A stretch of 64,000 bases of DNA from Nocardioides sp. (GTDB lineage Bacteria; Actinomycetota; Actinomycetes; Propionibacteriales; Nocardioidaceae): NCBI GenBank assembly GCA_020636915.1, contig JACJWV010000015.1, forward strand, positions 59,218 to 123,217, in the 5' to 3' direction. Shown here piece after piece: positions 30,362-39,792 of the stretch (its first letter is position 1; every line of letters begins with the position of its first letter). Below the pieces are notes generated by a model. It ran no database searches. It saw nothing but the letters and a program-made list of their open reading frames with translations, and was not told the DNA's origin. The position numbers and the translations under genes were made by a program.

Positions 30362-31705
30362 CTACCGCGAGCCGTCCCGCACGAGGTCGATCGGCTGGCC
30401 GTCCTTCGGGAACGGGAGCGCGTGGTTGTCCAGGGGGGCGACGTAGGACGGGTCGACGGTCCAGTGGTGGCCGCGCAGGAGCCGGTGCATGATCGCCTTG
30501 ACCTCGGCGCCGGCGAAGTAGAGGCCGATGCACTTGTGCACGCCGCCGCCGAACGGCGACCAGGCGAAGCGGTGCGACTTGTCCTCGCGCCGTTCCGGCG
30601 AGAAGCGCTCGGGGTCGAAGGCCGTCGGGTCCGTCCAGTAGTCCTCGAGCAGGTGCGAGAGCTGGAGCGCGACGACGACGTCGGTGTCGTCGGGGATCCG
30701 GACGCCCTCGACGACGACCTCCCGGACGGTCTTGCGGACCACGACCGGGACGGGGGCGCGCAGCCGCAACGCCTCCTTCATCACCAGGTCGATCGACGGC
30801 AGCGCCTCCAGCTCGGCCAGCGTCGGCTCCGGGCCGAGCGCCAGCGACTCCTGACGGCAGCGCTCCTGCCACTCGGGGTGCTGGCCGAGGAGCTGGAGGA
30901 TCGTCGAGGTCGTGATCGTCGACGTGTCGTGCGCGGCCATCATCAAGAAGATCATGTGGTTGACGACGTCGTCGTCGGAGAACCGCTCGCCGTCCTCGGT
31001 CTCGATGTGGCACAGCACCGAGAAGATGTCGTCGGTCCGGGTGGCGCGACGAGCGGGCAGGTAGCCGCGCAGGAAGTCCTCCAGGACCCGCCGACCGCGG
31101 TAGGCACGACCCCAGCGGGTGAAGGGCACGTCGGCGCGCACGATGCCGGCCGCGGCCTGGACGCAGGAGATGAAGGCGCGGTTGACCGCGTCCATCTCCG
31201 CGCGGCTGGTCGACTCCGCGCCGCCCATGAAGATGTCCGCGGCGATGTCGAGGGTGAGCTGCTTGAGCTTCCAGTAGGCCTGGAAGCCCGGCTCGGTGTC
31301 CCAGTCCGCCGTCCCGGCCTCGATGGCCGGGTGCATGCGTGCGGCGTACCCCTCGAGGCGGTCGCGGGTGAACGCCTCCTGCATGATCCGCCGGTGCACG
31401 TGGTGCTCGTCGAAGTCGATGAGCATCAGCCCGCCGCCGAAGAACGGCCCGACCAGCCGGGTCCACGCCGGCTTGTTGGCGAACGCCTTGTCCTTGTTGC
31501 GCAGTGCGGCCTCCACCGCGTCGGGGCCCAGCAGCATGACCGCCTGGTTGTGGAGCGCGTGGAAGGGCGCGACCGGCCCGTAGGTCTCGTACTGGTGCCG
31601 CATCATCGCGACCGGGTCGCGCGCGTACTCGAAGACCCGGCCCAGGATCGGCAGCCCGCGGTCCTCCCGCCGCTGCCGCGGCACCTCGACGACGGGTGTG
31701 GTCAT
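30362..31705 (-). CDS. Cytochrome P450 (CYP136-like)
   Basis: AAHDTS I-helix, EALR, FDPERF, FGGGVHKCIG heme motif. Confidence 0.93.
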   Translation of the reverse strand: MTTPVVEVPRQRREDRGLPILGRVFEYARDPVAMMRHQYETYGPVAPFHALHNQAVMLLGPDAVEAALRNKDKAFANKPAWTRLVGPFFGGGLMLIDFDEHHVHRRIMQEAFTRDRLEGYAARMHPAIEAGTADWDTEPGFQAYWKLKQLTLDIAADIFMGGAESTSRAEMDAVNRAFISCVQAAAGIVRADVPFTRWGRAYRGRRVLEDFLRGYLPARRATRTDDIFSVLCHIETEDGERFSDDDVVNHMIFLMMAAHDTSTITTSTILQLLGQHPEWQERCRQESLALGPEPTLAELEALPSIDLVMKEALRLRAPVPVVVRKTVREVVVEGVRIPDDTDVVVALQLSHLLEDYWTDPTAFDPERFSPERREDKSHRFAWSPFGGGVHKCIGLYFAGAEVKAIMHRLLRGHHWTVDPSYVAPLDNHALPFPKDGQPIDLVRDGSR

Positions 31706-31763
31706 GCGCACACGATCAATGAGGAAGGATGCCCTGTCAACCTTCTGTGAGACGCTGACGCCC

Positions 31764-32372
31764 ATGGCCGTGCAGTCGGGCGTCTACCGGGGCGTGAGCG
31801 CGCAGGAGCGCGCCGCGGAGCGTCGCGAGCGGCTGCTCGAGGCGACGCTCGGCGTCTGGGCCGACCCCGAGGTCAGCACGACGATGACCAACGTCTGCGC
31901 GCGCGCCGGCCTGTCGGAGCGCTACTTCTACGAGAGCTTCGCCAACCTCGACGCCGCCCAGACCGCGGTGCTCGACCAGGTCGCCACCGAGATCGAGACG
32001 AGGACCCAGGAGGCCGGGGACCTGGCCGGGCCGGACCCGGCGGCGCGGGCGCTGGCCTCGGTCAGCGCCTTCGTGCAGCTGCTCGTGGACGATCCCCGCA
32101 AGGGGCGGGTCGCGATCGTCGAGGCCGCCGCGATGCCGTCGTTGCGGCCGCGCCGCACCGAGCTGATGCGCCACTTCGCCCACCGGACCGCGGAGTCCGC
32201 CCGCGAGCTGGGCCTCTCACCGCTGGGCGGCCCCGAGGACGAGCTGGCAGGCTTGCTGTTCATCGGCGGCGTGGCCGAGCTGGTGACCGCCTGGCTGGAC
32301 GGTGTCGTCGACGCGACCCCGGACGAGCTGGTCGCCGCCGCCGCTCGCAGCTTCCTCGCGCTCTACCGCTGA
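31764..32372 (+). CDS. TetR/AcrR family regulator
   Basis: YRGVSAQERAAERRERLLEA, VCARAGLSERYFYESF; divergent from the P450. Confidence 0.92.
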   Translation: MAVQSGVYRGVSAQERAAERRERLLEATLGVWADPEVSTTMTNVCARAGLSERYFYESFANLDAAQTAVLDQVATEIETRTQEAGDLAGPDPAARALASVSAFVQLLVDDPRKGRVAIVEAAAMPSLRPRRTELMRHFAHRTAESARELGLSPLGGPEDELAGLLFIGGVAELVTAWLDGVVDATPDELVAAAARSFLALYR

Positions 32373-32428
32373 GGGAGCGGTGGACGGAGCCCGGGACCGG
32401 GTTCGGGGGGACGCCCTACGCTCGGCGC

Positions 32429-33961
32429 GTGGCCGTCTCCGTGCGCGAGGCCCTCGCGCTCCCCGTGCTGGCCGCCGGCGACCCGGTGGTGCTCAGCGGC
32501 GAGCGGGGTCTGGACGCCCGGATCCGGTGGGCGCACGTCTCGGAGGTGCGCGACGTCGGGGCCGTGCTGGTCGGCGACGAGCTGGTGCTCAGCACCGGCA
32601 TCGCGATGGCGGCCTCGCCGGCCGCCGCCGACGACTTCGTGCGTCAGCTGGTCGAGGTCGGCGCCGCCGGGCTGGTCGTCGAGCTGAGCACGGCGTACCC
32701 CTCGGTGCCGGAGCAGGCGCTGCGTCGGGCGCGCGCCGCCGACTTCCCCCTGGTGGTGCTCAACCGCCCGGTCCGGTTCGTCGAGGTGACCGAGGCGGTG
32801 CACCGGGCGATCGTGGCCGAGCAGTACGACGAGGTGCGGTTCGCGGGCGACGTCCACCAGACCTTCACCGACCTCGGGCTCGCGCGGGCGCCGATGGCGC
32901 GGCTGGTCGAGGCGGCCGCGGACCTGGTGGGCGGCTCGGTGGTGCTGGAGGACCTGGGACGCCACGTGCTGGTCGCCGCCGCGCGGCAGGAGCCGGTCGA
33001 CCGCCTGCTCGTCGACTGGGAGCGCCGGTCGCGGCTGACGCCGTACCTGCGGGAGACCGGCGTCGGCGGCCCCGAGGGTTGGCTGACCACGCCCGTCGGC
33101 ATCCAGGGCGGGGCGTGGGGCCGGTTGGTGCTCCCCGCCGGTCGGGACGAGCCCCGGGTGCGGATGGTGGCCGAGCGCACGGCGTCGGCCCTCGAGCTCG
33201 GGCGGATGATCGAGCGCGACGACACCGCTCTCCAGCTGCGCGTGCACGGCGGCTTCCTGCTCGACCTGCTCGACGGCCGGGTCGGCAGCGAGGTGGTGGC
33301 CGCCGCGCGGCTGCGCGCCCTCGGGGTGCCGGCGGCCACGTCGTACGTCGGCGCGGTCGCGCGGCTGCGCTCCGAGGCTCCGGTCGACCGGTTGGTGCCG
33401 GCACTGGGCGACCTCCCGGGGCTGGTCGGCGTCCTCGACGCCGTCCACGTCGGCCTGCTCGTCCCGGCCGACACCGACCTCGACGCCCTCGCCCGCGCCC
33501 TCGCGGTCGTCGAGCCCGAGGCGGTGCTCGCGGCCGGCGCTCCGGTCGGCGGGGTGCTGGCCACCGCGTCGTCCCTGCGCTCCGCGCGTGCCGTCGCGGA
33601 CGTGGCCGTGACCCTGCCCGCGGTCGACGGCTGCGTGCGGCAGTCCGACATCCGGCTGCCCGGCCTGCTGATGTCGCTGCGCGAGGACGCGCGGCTGCAG
33701 GAGTTCGCCGAGGCCGAGCTCGGGGCGCTGCTCGAGCACGAGGCGCGGCACGGGGGCGGACTCGTCGAGCTGCTGCGCCAGTTCCTCGCCGTCGGCGGGA
33801 ACAAGACCGAGCTGGCCCGGGTCGCCCACCGCAACCGGACCTCGCTCTACCCCGCCCTCAGACGGCTCGAGGAGCTGGTCGGCCACCCGCTCGACGACCC
33901 GGCCTCCCGCCTCTCGCTCGGCGTGGCGCTGCTGGCCCACGACCAGGCCCGCCGGCTGTAG
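32429..33961 (+). CDS. PucR family regulator with N-terminal purine-catabolism sensor domain
   Basis: IRWAHVSE, GDELVLSTG, C-terminal HTH NKTELARVAHRNRTSLY. Confidence 0.9.
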   Translation: MAVSVREALALPVLAAGDPVVLSGERGLDARIRWAHVSEVRDVGAVLVGDELVLSTGIAMAASPAAADDFVRQLVEVGAAGLVVELSTAYPSVPEQALRRARAADFPLVVLNRPVRFVEVTEAVHRAIVAEQYDEVRFAGDVHQTFTDLGLARAPMARLVEAAADLVGGSVVLEDLGRHVLVAAARQEPVDRLLVDWERRSRLTPYLRETGVGGPEGWLTTPVGIQGGAWGRLVLPAGRDEPRVRMVAERTASALELGRMIERDDTALQLRVHGGFLLDLLDGRVGSEVVAAARLRALGVPAATSYVGAVARLRSEAPVDRLVPALGDLPGLVGVLDAVHVGLLVPADTDLDALARALAVVEPEAVLAAGAPVGGVLATASSLRSARAVADVAVTLPAVDGCVRQSDIRLPGLLMSLREDARLQEFAEAELGALLEHEARHGGGLVELLRQFLAVGGNKTELARVAHRNRTSLYPALRRLEELVGHPLDDPASRLSLGVALLAHDQARRL

Positions 33962-33964
33962 CCC

Positions 33965-34072
33965 GCCGAGTCGGCGCGTCTTGCTCGCGCAGGGGTGCTG
34001 AGTCGGCGCGTCTTGCTCGCGCAGGGGTGCCGAGTCGGCGCGTCTTGCTCGCGCAGGGGTGCTGAGTCGGCG
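33965..34072. repeat. 32-bp tandem repeat, 3.4 copies (GCYGAGTCGGCGCGTCTTGCTCGCGCAGGGGT)
   Basis: Units start at 33965, 33997 and 34029, partial at 34061; no spacers; between convergent genes. Confidence 0.92.
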
Positions 34073-34073
34073 A

Positions 34074-34715
34074 TCAGTCGCTGGCCACCAGCGCGGCGCC
34101 GAGGCCGATCATCATCACCCCGCCGGCGACACCGAGCTTGTCCAGCCGGTGGGGCCGGCGGGCGAACCAGTCTCGTGCCCGGCTGGCCGCCAGCGCCCAC
34201 ACCGAGTCCGAGCAGGCCGCCATCACGCCGAAGACGACGCCGAGCAGCGCGAGCTGGACGCCGGTGTGCCCGGCCGGCTCGTTGACGAACTGGGGCAGGA
34301 ACGCCACGAAGAACACGATCGTCTTGGGGTTGGTCAGGCCCACCGTGAATCCGATCCGCAGCGACCGCAGGGCGGGCGCGCGCTGCACGGTGAGGTGATC
34401 GACCGCCGTGAGCGCGGCGCGGGCGTCCGCACGGTGTCGGATCGCCTGGACGCCGAGCCACACGACGTACGCCGCCCCGACGATCTTGAGCACGACGTAC
34501 GCCTGGGTGCTCGCGGCGACGACGGCGCCGAGGCCGACCGCGACCAGCAGCACCTGCGCGGTCACCCCGAGCGCGTTGCCGACGACCGAGAGGAGCGCGT
34601 CGCGGCGGCCCACGGTCAGGGCCCGGCCGATCGTGAAGAGCAGGCTGGGTCCCGGGACCTGGATGAAGAGCGCGCTCGCGATCAGGAACGCGAGCCACTG
34701 GCTGGTCGTCGGCAC
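34074..34715 (-). CDS. LysE/RhtB family translocator
   Basis: VPGPS, LKIVGAAYVVWLG, LTNPKTIVFF. Confidence 0.92.
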   Translation of the reverse strand: MPTTSQWLAFLIASALFIQVPGPSLLFTIGRALTVGRRDALLSVVGNALGVTAQVLLVAVGLGAVVAASTQAYVVLKIVGAAYVVWLGVQAIRHRADARAALTAVDHLTVQRAPALRSLRIGFTVGLTNPKTIVFFVAFLPQFVNEPAGHTGVQLALLGVVFGVMAACSDSVWALAASRARDWFARRPHRLDKLGVAGGVMMIGLGAALVASD

Positions 34716-34775
34716 CCCGTCATTGTGCTCGAAAGGGCGTTGCCGCGCGCGCCTGTTCTCTGCTGGGCTCGGTCC

Positions 34776-35597
34776 GTGAGCCACGACCACCCGGACCTGA
34801 CCGAGCTGCGGGCCCTGGCGCAGGCCTGCCTCGACGCCGACGGCGGCCTGCCCCTGCTGACCGACGACGGCCTGCTGCGCGCCCGGTTGCGCTCCGGGGA
34901 GACCCACGAGGTCCGCGACGGTGACGGCGTGCTGGTCGCCGCCGCGGCGGTGACGGTCCGCGAGGACGGCGCTGCCACCTCCGGTCTCGTGCACCCCGAC
35001 CACCGCGGTCAGGGGCACGGGCGGGCGCTCCTCGGCTGGGCGGTCGAGCGTGCCGGCGGCGTACCCCTGACGGTGACGTGCGAGGACGTCAACCCGTCGG
35101 CCGAGCGGCTCTATGCGCGGTTCGGCCTCGAGCGCACCTTCGCCGAGGCGGTGATGCGGCACCCGTTGGGCTCCGTGCCGGACGTCCCGGTGCCGGCGGG
35201 CACGACGCTCGTCCCGGTGGCGCAGGCGCGCCTGGGCGACCTGTTCGCGGCGTACGTCGGCTCCTTCCGCGACCGCCCCGGCTTCCCCGACCCCACCGAG
35301 GCCGCGTGGCTCGAGGAGCTCGACGAGGACGACGAGTGGCGCCGCGACGTGTCGGCGGTCGCGCTCGACGAAGACGGGCGGCCGGTCGGTTTCGTCAACG
35401 TCCTGGGCAGCTGGATCGACCAGGTCGGCGTCGTCCCGGCTTGGCGCGGCCGCGGCCTCGGCACCCACCTCGTGGTCCGCGCCCTCCGGGCGCTCGACGG
35501 CGAGGCCTGGCTGACCGTGAACGAGGACAACCCCGCGCAGCAGCTCTACGCCTCGCTGGGCTTCGAGCGGTACGGCGTCCGCGGCCGCTGGCGCTGA
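34776..35597 (+). CDS. Tandem GNAT acetyltransferase (MshD-like architecture)
   Basis: Two motif-A segments: VHPDHRGQGHG and VVPAWRGRGLG. Confidence 0.82.
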   Translation: MSHDHPDLTELRALAQACLDADGGLPLLTDDGLLRARLRSGETHEVRDGDGVLVAAAAVTVREDGAATSGLVHPDHRGQGHGRALLGWAVERAGGVPLTVTCEDVNPSAERLYARFGLERTFAEAVMRHPLGSVPDVPVPAGTTLVPVAQARLGDLFAAYVGSFRDRPGFPDPTEAAWLEELDEDDEWRRDVSAVALDEDGRPVGFVNVLGSWIDQVGVVPAWRGRGLGTHLVVRALRALDGEAWLTVNEDNPAQQLYASLGFERYGVRGRWR

Positions 35598-35660
35598 CCG
35601 ACCCTCGGCGCAGGACGCATCCGACCGAAACCTCCCTTGCTCTGCTGAAGGTGCTTTAGC

Positions 35661-36779
35661 ATGGCAAGCATGATGCTGACCGAGCGCGAGCGCGAGATCG
35701 TCGCGCTCCTGCGCCGGGACCCGCTCATCGGGTCGGCGGCGATGGCGGCGGCGCTCGGCACCACCCGGGCCGCCGTCAACGTCCACCTGTCCAACCTGGG
35801 CAAGAAGGGCGTCGTCCTCGGGCGCGGCTACCTCCTCAGCGAGGAGCCCTCGGTGGTCGTGGTGGGCGGCGCCAACATGGACGTCAAGGCCCACAGCGCA
35901 CGGGCCGCCGTGCCCGCCACCAGCAACCCCGGGACCGCCACCATGGCCGCCGGCGGCGTGGGCCGGAACGTGGCCGAGAACCTCGCCCGGCTCGGCACCC
36001 GCACCCACCTCGTCGCCGCGATCGGCAGCGACGGGCTGGGCGACCAGGTGCTCGCCGCGACGTCGGGCGCCGGCGTCCACGTCGAGCACGTACGACGCAG
36101 TGCACGGTCGACCGGCACCTACACGGCCGTCCTCGACGCCGACGGCGAGCTCGTCGTCGCGGTCGCCGACATGGCCGCCACCGACGAGCTGGCGCCCGAG
36201 CAGGTCGATGCGGCGCGCGACCTGGTCGCCACGGCCGAGCTCGTCGTGCTCGACGGCAACCTCGGCACCGCGACGCTCGGCTTCGCGCTGGACCTCGCGA
36301 ACGCCGCCGGCACGCGCGTCGTGCTCGAGCCGGTCAGCGTCCCGAAGGCCGCCGCGCTGGTGCCGCTGGTGACGCCGGAGCGTCCGCTCCACGCCGTCAC
36401 GCCCAACCGTGACGAGCTGGGGGCGCTCACCGGCCTGCCGACCCGCACCGCCCGTCAGGTCGCGCGCGCCGCCGCCGCGCTCCACGACCGCGGCGTCGAG
36501 CTGGTGTGGGTGCGGCTGGGCCCCGCCGGCTCGCTGCTCAGCGCGCCCGGCGGGACCACCGAGCTCGCCGCCGTACCCGCCTCGGCGGTGGGGGGCGTCG
36601 TCGACGTCACGGGCGCCGGCGACGCCATGCTCGCCGCCTTCTGCCACGCGCTGCTCGGTGGCGCCCGGCCCGCGGAGGCGGCGGCGTACGGGCACGCCGC
36701 CGCCGCGCTCACCGTCGCCAGCCCCTACACCGTCCGACCCGACCTCACCGACCGACTCGTCAGGAGCCTGCTGCCATGA
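35661..36779 (+). CDS. psuK: Pseudouridine kinase (HTH plus PfkB)
   Basis: N-terminal winged HTH, GGVGRNVAENL, DVTGAGD; ATGA overlap with psuG. Confidence 0.8.
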   Translation: MASMMLTEREREIVALLRRDPLIGSAAMAAALGTTRAAVNVHLSNLGKKGVVLGRGYLLSEEPSVVVVGGANMDVKAHSARAAVPATSNPGTATMAAGGVGRNVAENLARLGTRTHLVAAIGSDGLGDQVLAATSGAGVHVEHVRRSARSTGTYTAVLDADGELVVAVADMAATDELAPEQVDAARDLVATAELVVLDGNLGTATLGFALDLANAAGTRVVLEPVSVPKAAALVPLVTPERPLHAVTPNRDELGALTGLPTRTARQVARAAAALHDRGVELVWVRLGPAGSLLSAPGGTTELAAVPASAVGGVVDVTGAGDAMLAAFCHALLGGARPAEAAAYGHAAAALTVASPYTVRPDLTDRLVRSLLP

Positions 36780-37699
36780 CCGCGCCCCACCCGCTGCTCA
36801 CCCTCACCGAGGAGGTCGCCGACGCGCTACGCGACGGCGCACCGGTGGTCGCGCTGGAGAGCACGATCATCAGCCACGGGATGCCCTACCCCCAGAACGT
36901 CGCGATGGCGACCGAGGTCGAGGGCATCATCCGCGACCACGGCGCAGTACCCGCGACGATCGCGGTTCTCGACGGCCGCCCGCGCGTCGGCCTGGGTGCC
37001 GACGACCTCGAGCTGCTCGCCAGCCACGGCGACGTCACGAAGGTGAGCGTGCGGGACCTGCCGCTCGTCGTGGCGCGCGGCACCCACGGCGCCACCACGG
37101 TGGCGGCGACGATGCGCCTGGCCTCCCTCGCCGGGATCGAGGTCTTCGTGACCGGCGGCCTGGGCGGCGTGCACCGCGGTGCCCAGCAGACCTTCGACGT
37201 CTCGGCCGACCTCACCGAGCTCGGGCAGACGTCGGTCGGGGTCGTCTCCGCGGGGGTGAAGTCGATCCTCGACATCGGCCTGACGCTGGAGACCCTCGAG
37301 ACCCTGGGCGTGCCGGTGCTCGCCGTGGGCAGCGACGAGTTCCCGTCGTTCTACTCCCGCAGCAGCGGGCACGCCGCCCCGAACCGTGTCGACACCGCGG
37401 CCGAGGTCGCGGCGGTGATGCGCGCGAAGTGGGACCTCGGGCTCGCCGGCGGGGTCGTGGTCGCCAACCCGATCCCGGAGGAGGACGAGATCCCCGCCGA
37501 CGAGATCGGGCTGATCATCGACCAGGCCCTCGCCGACATGGAGCGGCTCGGCATCCACGGCAAGGACGCGACGCCGTACCTCCTCGGCCGGATCGTCGAG
37601 ATCACCGGTGGCGCCTCGCTCACCGCGAACATCGCCCTGGTCCGCCACAACGCGCGCCTGGGCGCCGCGATCGCGCGGGAGCTGGCGGCGCTGGCCTGA
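36776..37699 (+). CDS. psuG: Pseudouridine-5'-phosphate glycosidase
   Basis: VVALESTIISHGMPYPQN, GATTVAAT, FVTGGLGGVHRG, DVSADL, GKDATPYLL. Confidence 0.95.
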   Translation: MTAPHPLLTLTEEVADALRDGAPVVALESTIISHGMPYPQNVAMATEVEGIIRDHGAVPATIAVLDGRPRVGLGADDLELLASHGDVTKVSVRDLPLVVARGTHGATTVAATMRLASLAGIEVFVTGGLGGVHRGAQQTFDVSADLTELGQTSVGVVSAGVKSILDIGLTLETLETLGVPVLAVGSDEFPSFYSRSSGHAAPNRVDTAAEVAAVMRAKWDLGLAGGVVVANPIPEEDEIPADEIGLIIDQALADMERLGIHGKDATPYLLGRIVEITGGASLTANIALVRHNARLGAAIARELAALA

Positions 37700-37763
37700 A
37701 CCCCGCGGGCCCGGGCCCGCGCCGGCCTGAACCGCGCTGGCCTGGACCGCGCTGGCCTGAGGT
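37688..37763 (+). repeat. 15-bp repeat GCGCTGGCCTGAACC duplicating the psuG stop region
   Basis: Copies at 37688, 37719, 37734 and 37749 (1-3 mismatches). Confidence 0.7.
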
Positions 37764-37988
37764 GTATCTGGCGGCGCGCAGTCGCCTCCTGGGCCGACGT
37801 GCACGACCGAACCTCGTCCTCGTCCCGCCCGCACCGTTCCGCCGGCCGGCCGCCCGGCCATCCCGAACGCCACCCCGACCGCCGCGCCGGCCAGGGTCCC
37901 CACGGCGGGCCCGACCGGGCGATCGCCGCGGCCCGGGCCGCCCGCCTGGCGCTGCAGCAGGCCGGGGCCTGATCGGTCCACCGCCGCC

Positions 37989-38324
37989 TCAGCCGTCCCC
38001 GATCTCGAGAAGCACGGTCGACCCGACCTCGACCCGGGTGCCCGCGTCCGGGTCGGTGCCCGTGACGTAGTGCGGCCAGTCCACCGCGGGCTCCTCGCCG
38101 TGCAGACCCGCCCGCTCCAGCCGCTGCAGCGCCTTCTCGACCGAGGTCCCGTACGCGATGTGCGGCACGGTCGTGTGGCGTGGCGCCGCGGGGAAGGACG
38201 TCGGGGTCCCGGCTGGGGTGGGTGCCGGTGCCGGCGCGGAGGTCTCGGAGGAGCAACCAGCAGCGCACGCGACGAGCAAGGCCACGCTGGACAGGGCGAG
38301 GGCGTGCCACCGAGGGGTCTTCAC
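37989..38324 (-). CDS. Small PASTA-domain lipoprotein
   Basis: Lipobox-like AAGC, Pro/Thr linker, VP...GTSVEKALQRLERAGL...VTGTDPDAGT.V..GSTV.L. Confidence 0.7.
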   Translation of the reverse strand: MKTPRWHALALSSVALLVACAAGCSSETSAPAPAPTPAGTPTSFPAAPRHTTVPHIAYGTSVEKALQRLERAGLHGEEPAVDWPHYVTGTDPDAGTRVEVGSTVLLEIGDG

Positions 38325-38403
38325 CTCCCTGGGACGCGGCGTTCGTCGACGAGGTTCCCGCCTGGGCGTCACGCCGGGAATCGTCGGGCGGGTCCGCCGT
38401 GGC

Positions 38404-38470
38404 GGGGTAGTCCCTGACGTTCTCGTGGCCAGCACGCACTCCCGACCACCAGAACGTCAGGGAGTATCCC
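38404..38470. repeat. Intergenic hairpin between the divergent PASTA and P450 genes
   Basis: Perfect 13-bp stem TCCCTGACGTTCT/AGAACGTCAGGGA with imperfect extensions. Confidence 0.65.
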
Positions 38471-38507
38471 CTCCCGGCGCTGGACAAATCCGCCGATCTG
38501 TCTCATC

Positions 38508-39698
38508 GTGGCCGGCGTGTACCGACCCGGAACACCCGCGACCTGGGCCAGCCCGTGGGCGATGTACGCCGACCTGCGCGACCACGACCCGCTCCACCAC
38601 GTCGAGCGGTCGGGTGGGCGGGACCACTGGGTCCTCTCCCGGCACGCCGACGTGCTCGCGGCCGCGGTGGACACGACGACGTACTCGTCCGCCCAGGGCC
38701 TCACGGTGGAGTACGACGAGCTCGAGGCGATCGGCCTCGCGGACAACCGCCCCCTGGTGATGCTCGACCCACCCGACCACACCGCGTTCCGCAAGCTGGT
38801 CGCGCGCGGGTTCACGCCCCGGCAGGTGACCACGCTCGAGCCGGTGGTGCGCGACTTCGTCGTCGAGCGCGTCGAGCGGCTGCGTGCCGACGGCGGCGGT
38901 GACGTCGTCGAGGCGCTGTTCAAGCCGCTCCCCAGCATGGTCGTCGCCCACTACCTCGGCGTGCCCGACGACGGCAGGGACCACTTCGACGATTGGACGC
39001 ACGCGATCGTCTCGGCGAGCTCGGCCGGCGCGATCACCGATGCTGCCGCGGCGCTGACCGACATGACGGCGTACTTCGCCGAGCTGATCGAGCGGCGCCG
39101 CGTCGAGCCCGGCGACGACACCGTCTCCCACCTGGTCGCAGCGGGGGTTGGTGACGACGACGCCGGCCTGCTCGCGATCCTCGCCTACGTCTTCACCGTC
39201 GTGACCGGTGGCAACGACACCACGACCGGCATGCTCGGCGGCTCCGTCCAGCTCCTCGAGGAGCGCCGCGACCAGCGCCGGCTGCTCGTCGACGACCCGG
39301 CCCTGGTCCAGGACGCGGTGGAGGAGCTGCTGCGGCTGACGTCACCCGTGCAGGGCCTGGCGCGTACGACGACGCGCGACGTCGAGCTGCACGGCCGAAC
39401 CGTCCCGGCCGGCCGCCGGGTCCTGCTGCTCTACGGCGCCGCCAACCGCGACCCGCGCCGCTACGGCCCCGACGCCGACCAGCTCGACGTCCGCCGGCGG
39501 CCGACGCAGATCCTGACCTTCAGCCAGGGCAGCCACCACTGCCTCGGGGCGGCCGCGGCCCGGCTGCAGGCGCGGGTCGCGCTCGAGGAGCTGGTCGCCC
39601 GCTGCCCGGACTTCACCGTCGACCTCGACGGGGTCGAGTGGGCGCCGGGGCCCTACGTGCGGCGCCCGACGGTCGTGCCGTTCCGTCCTGCGTCATGA
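38508..39698 (+). CDS. Cytochrome P450 (CYP130-like)
   Basis: MLDPPDHT, GGNDTT, EELLR, AANRDP, FSQGSHHCLG. Confidence 0.93.
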   Translation: MAGVYRPGTPATWASPWAMYADLRDHDPLHHVERSGGRDHWVLSRHADVLAAAVDTTTYSSAQGLTVEYDELEAIGLADNRPLVMLDPPDHTAFRKLVARGFTPRQVTTLEPVVRDFVVERVERLRADGGGDVVEALFKPLPSMVVAHYLGVPDDGRDHFDDWTHAIVSASSAGAITDAAAALTDMTAYFAELIERRRVEPGDDTVSHLVAAGVGDDDAGLLAILAYVFTVVTGGNDTTTGMLGGSVQLLEERRDQRRLLVDDPALVQDAVEELLRLTSPVQGLARTTTRDVELHGRTVPAGRRVLLLYGAANRDPRRYGPDADQLDVRRRPTQILTFSQGSHHCLGAAAARLQARVALEELVARCPDFTVDLDGVEWAPGPYVRRPTVVPFRPAS

Positions 39699-39792
39699 GG
39701 GACCAGGCATGAGGGACCAGGCATGAGGGACCAGGCATGAGGGACCAGGCGTGAGGGACCAGGCGTGAGGGACCAGGCATGAAGGACCAGGC
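39695..39792 (+). repeat. 14-bp tandem repeat x7 (RTGAGGGACCAGGC) encoding coupled MRDQA mini-ORFs
   Basis: Units at 39695, 39709, 39723, 39737, 39751, 39765 and 39779. Confidence 0.95.

Noticed and set aside
33965-34072. CRISPR array (32-bp repeats)
   Set aside because: Units are head-to-tail with no unique spacers, and there are no cas genes in the window.
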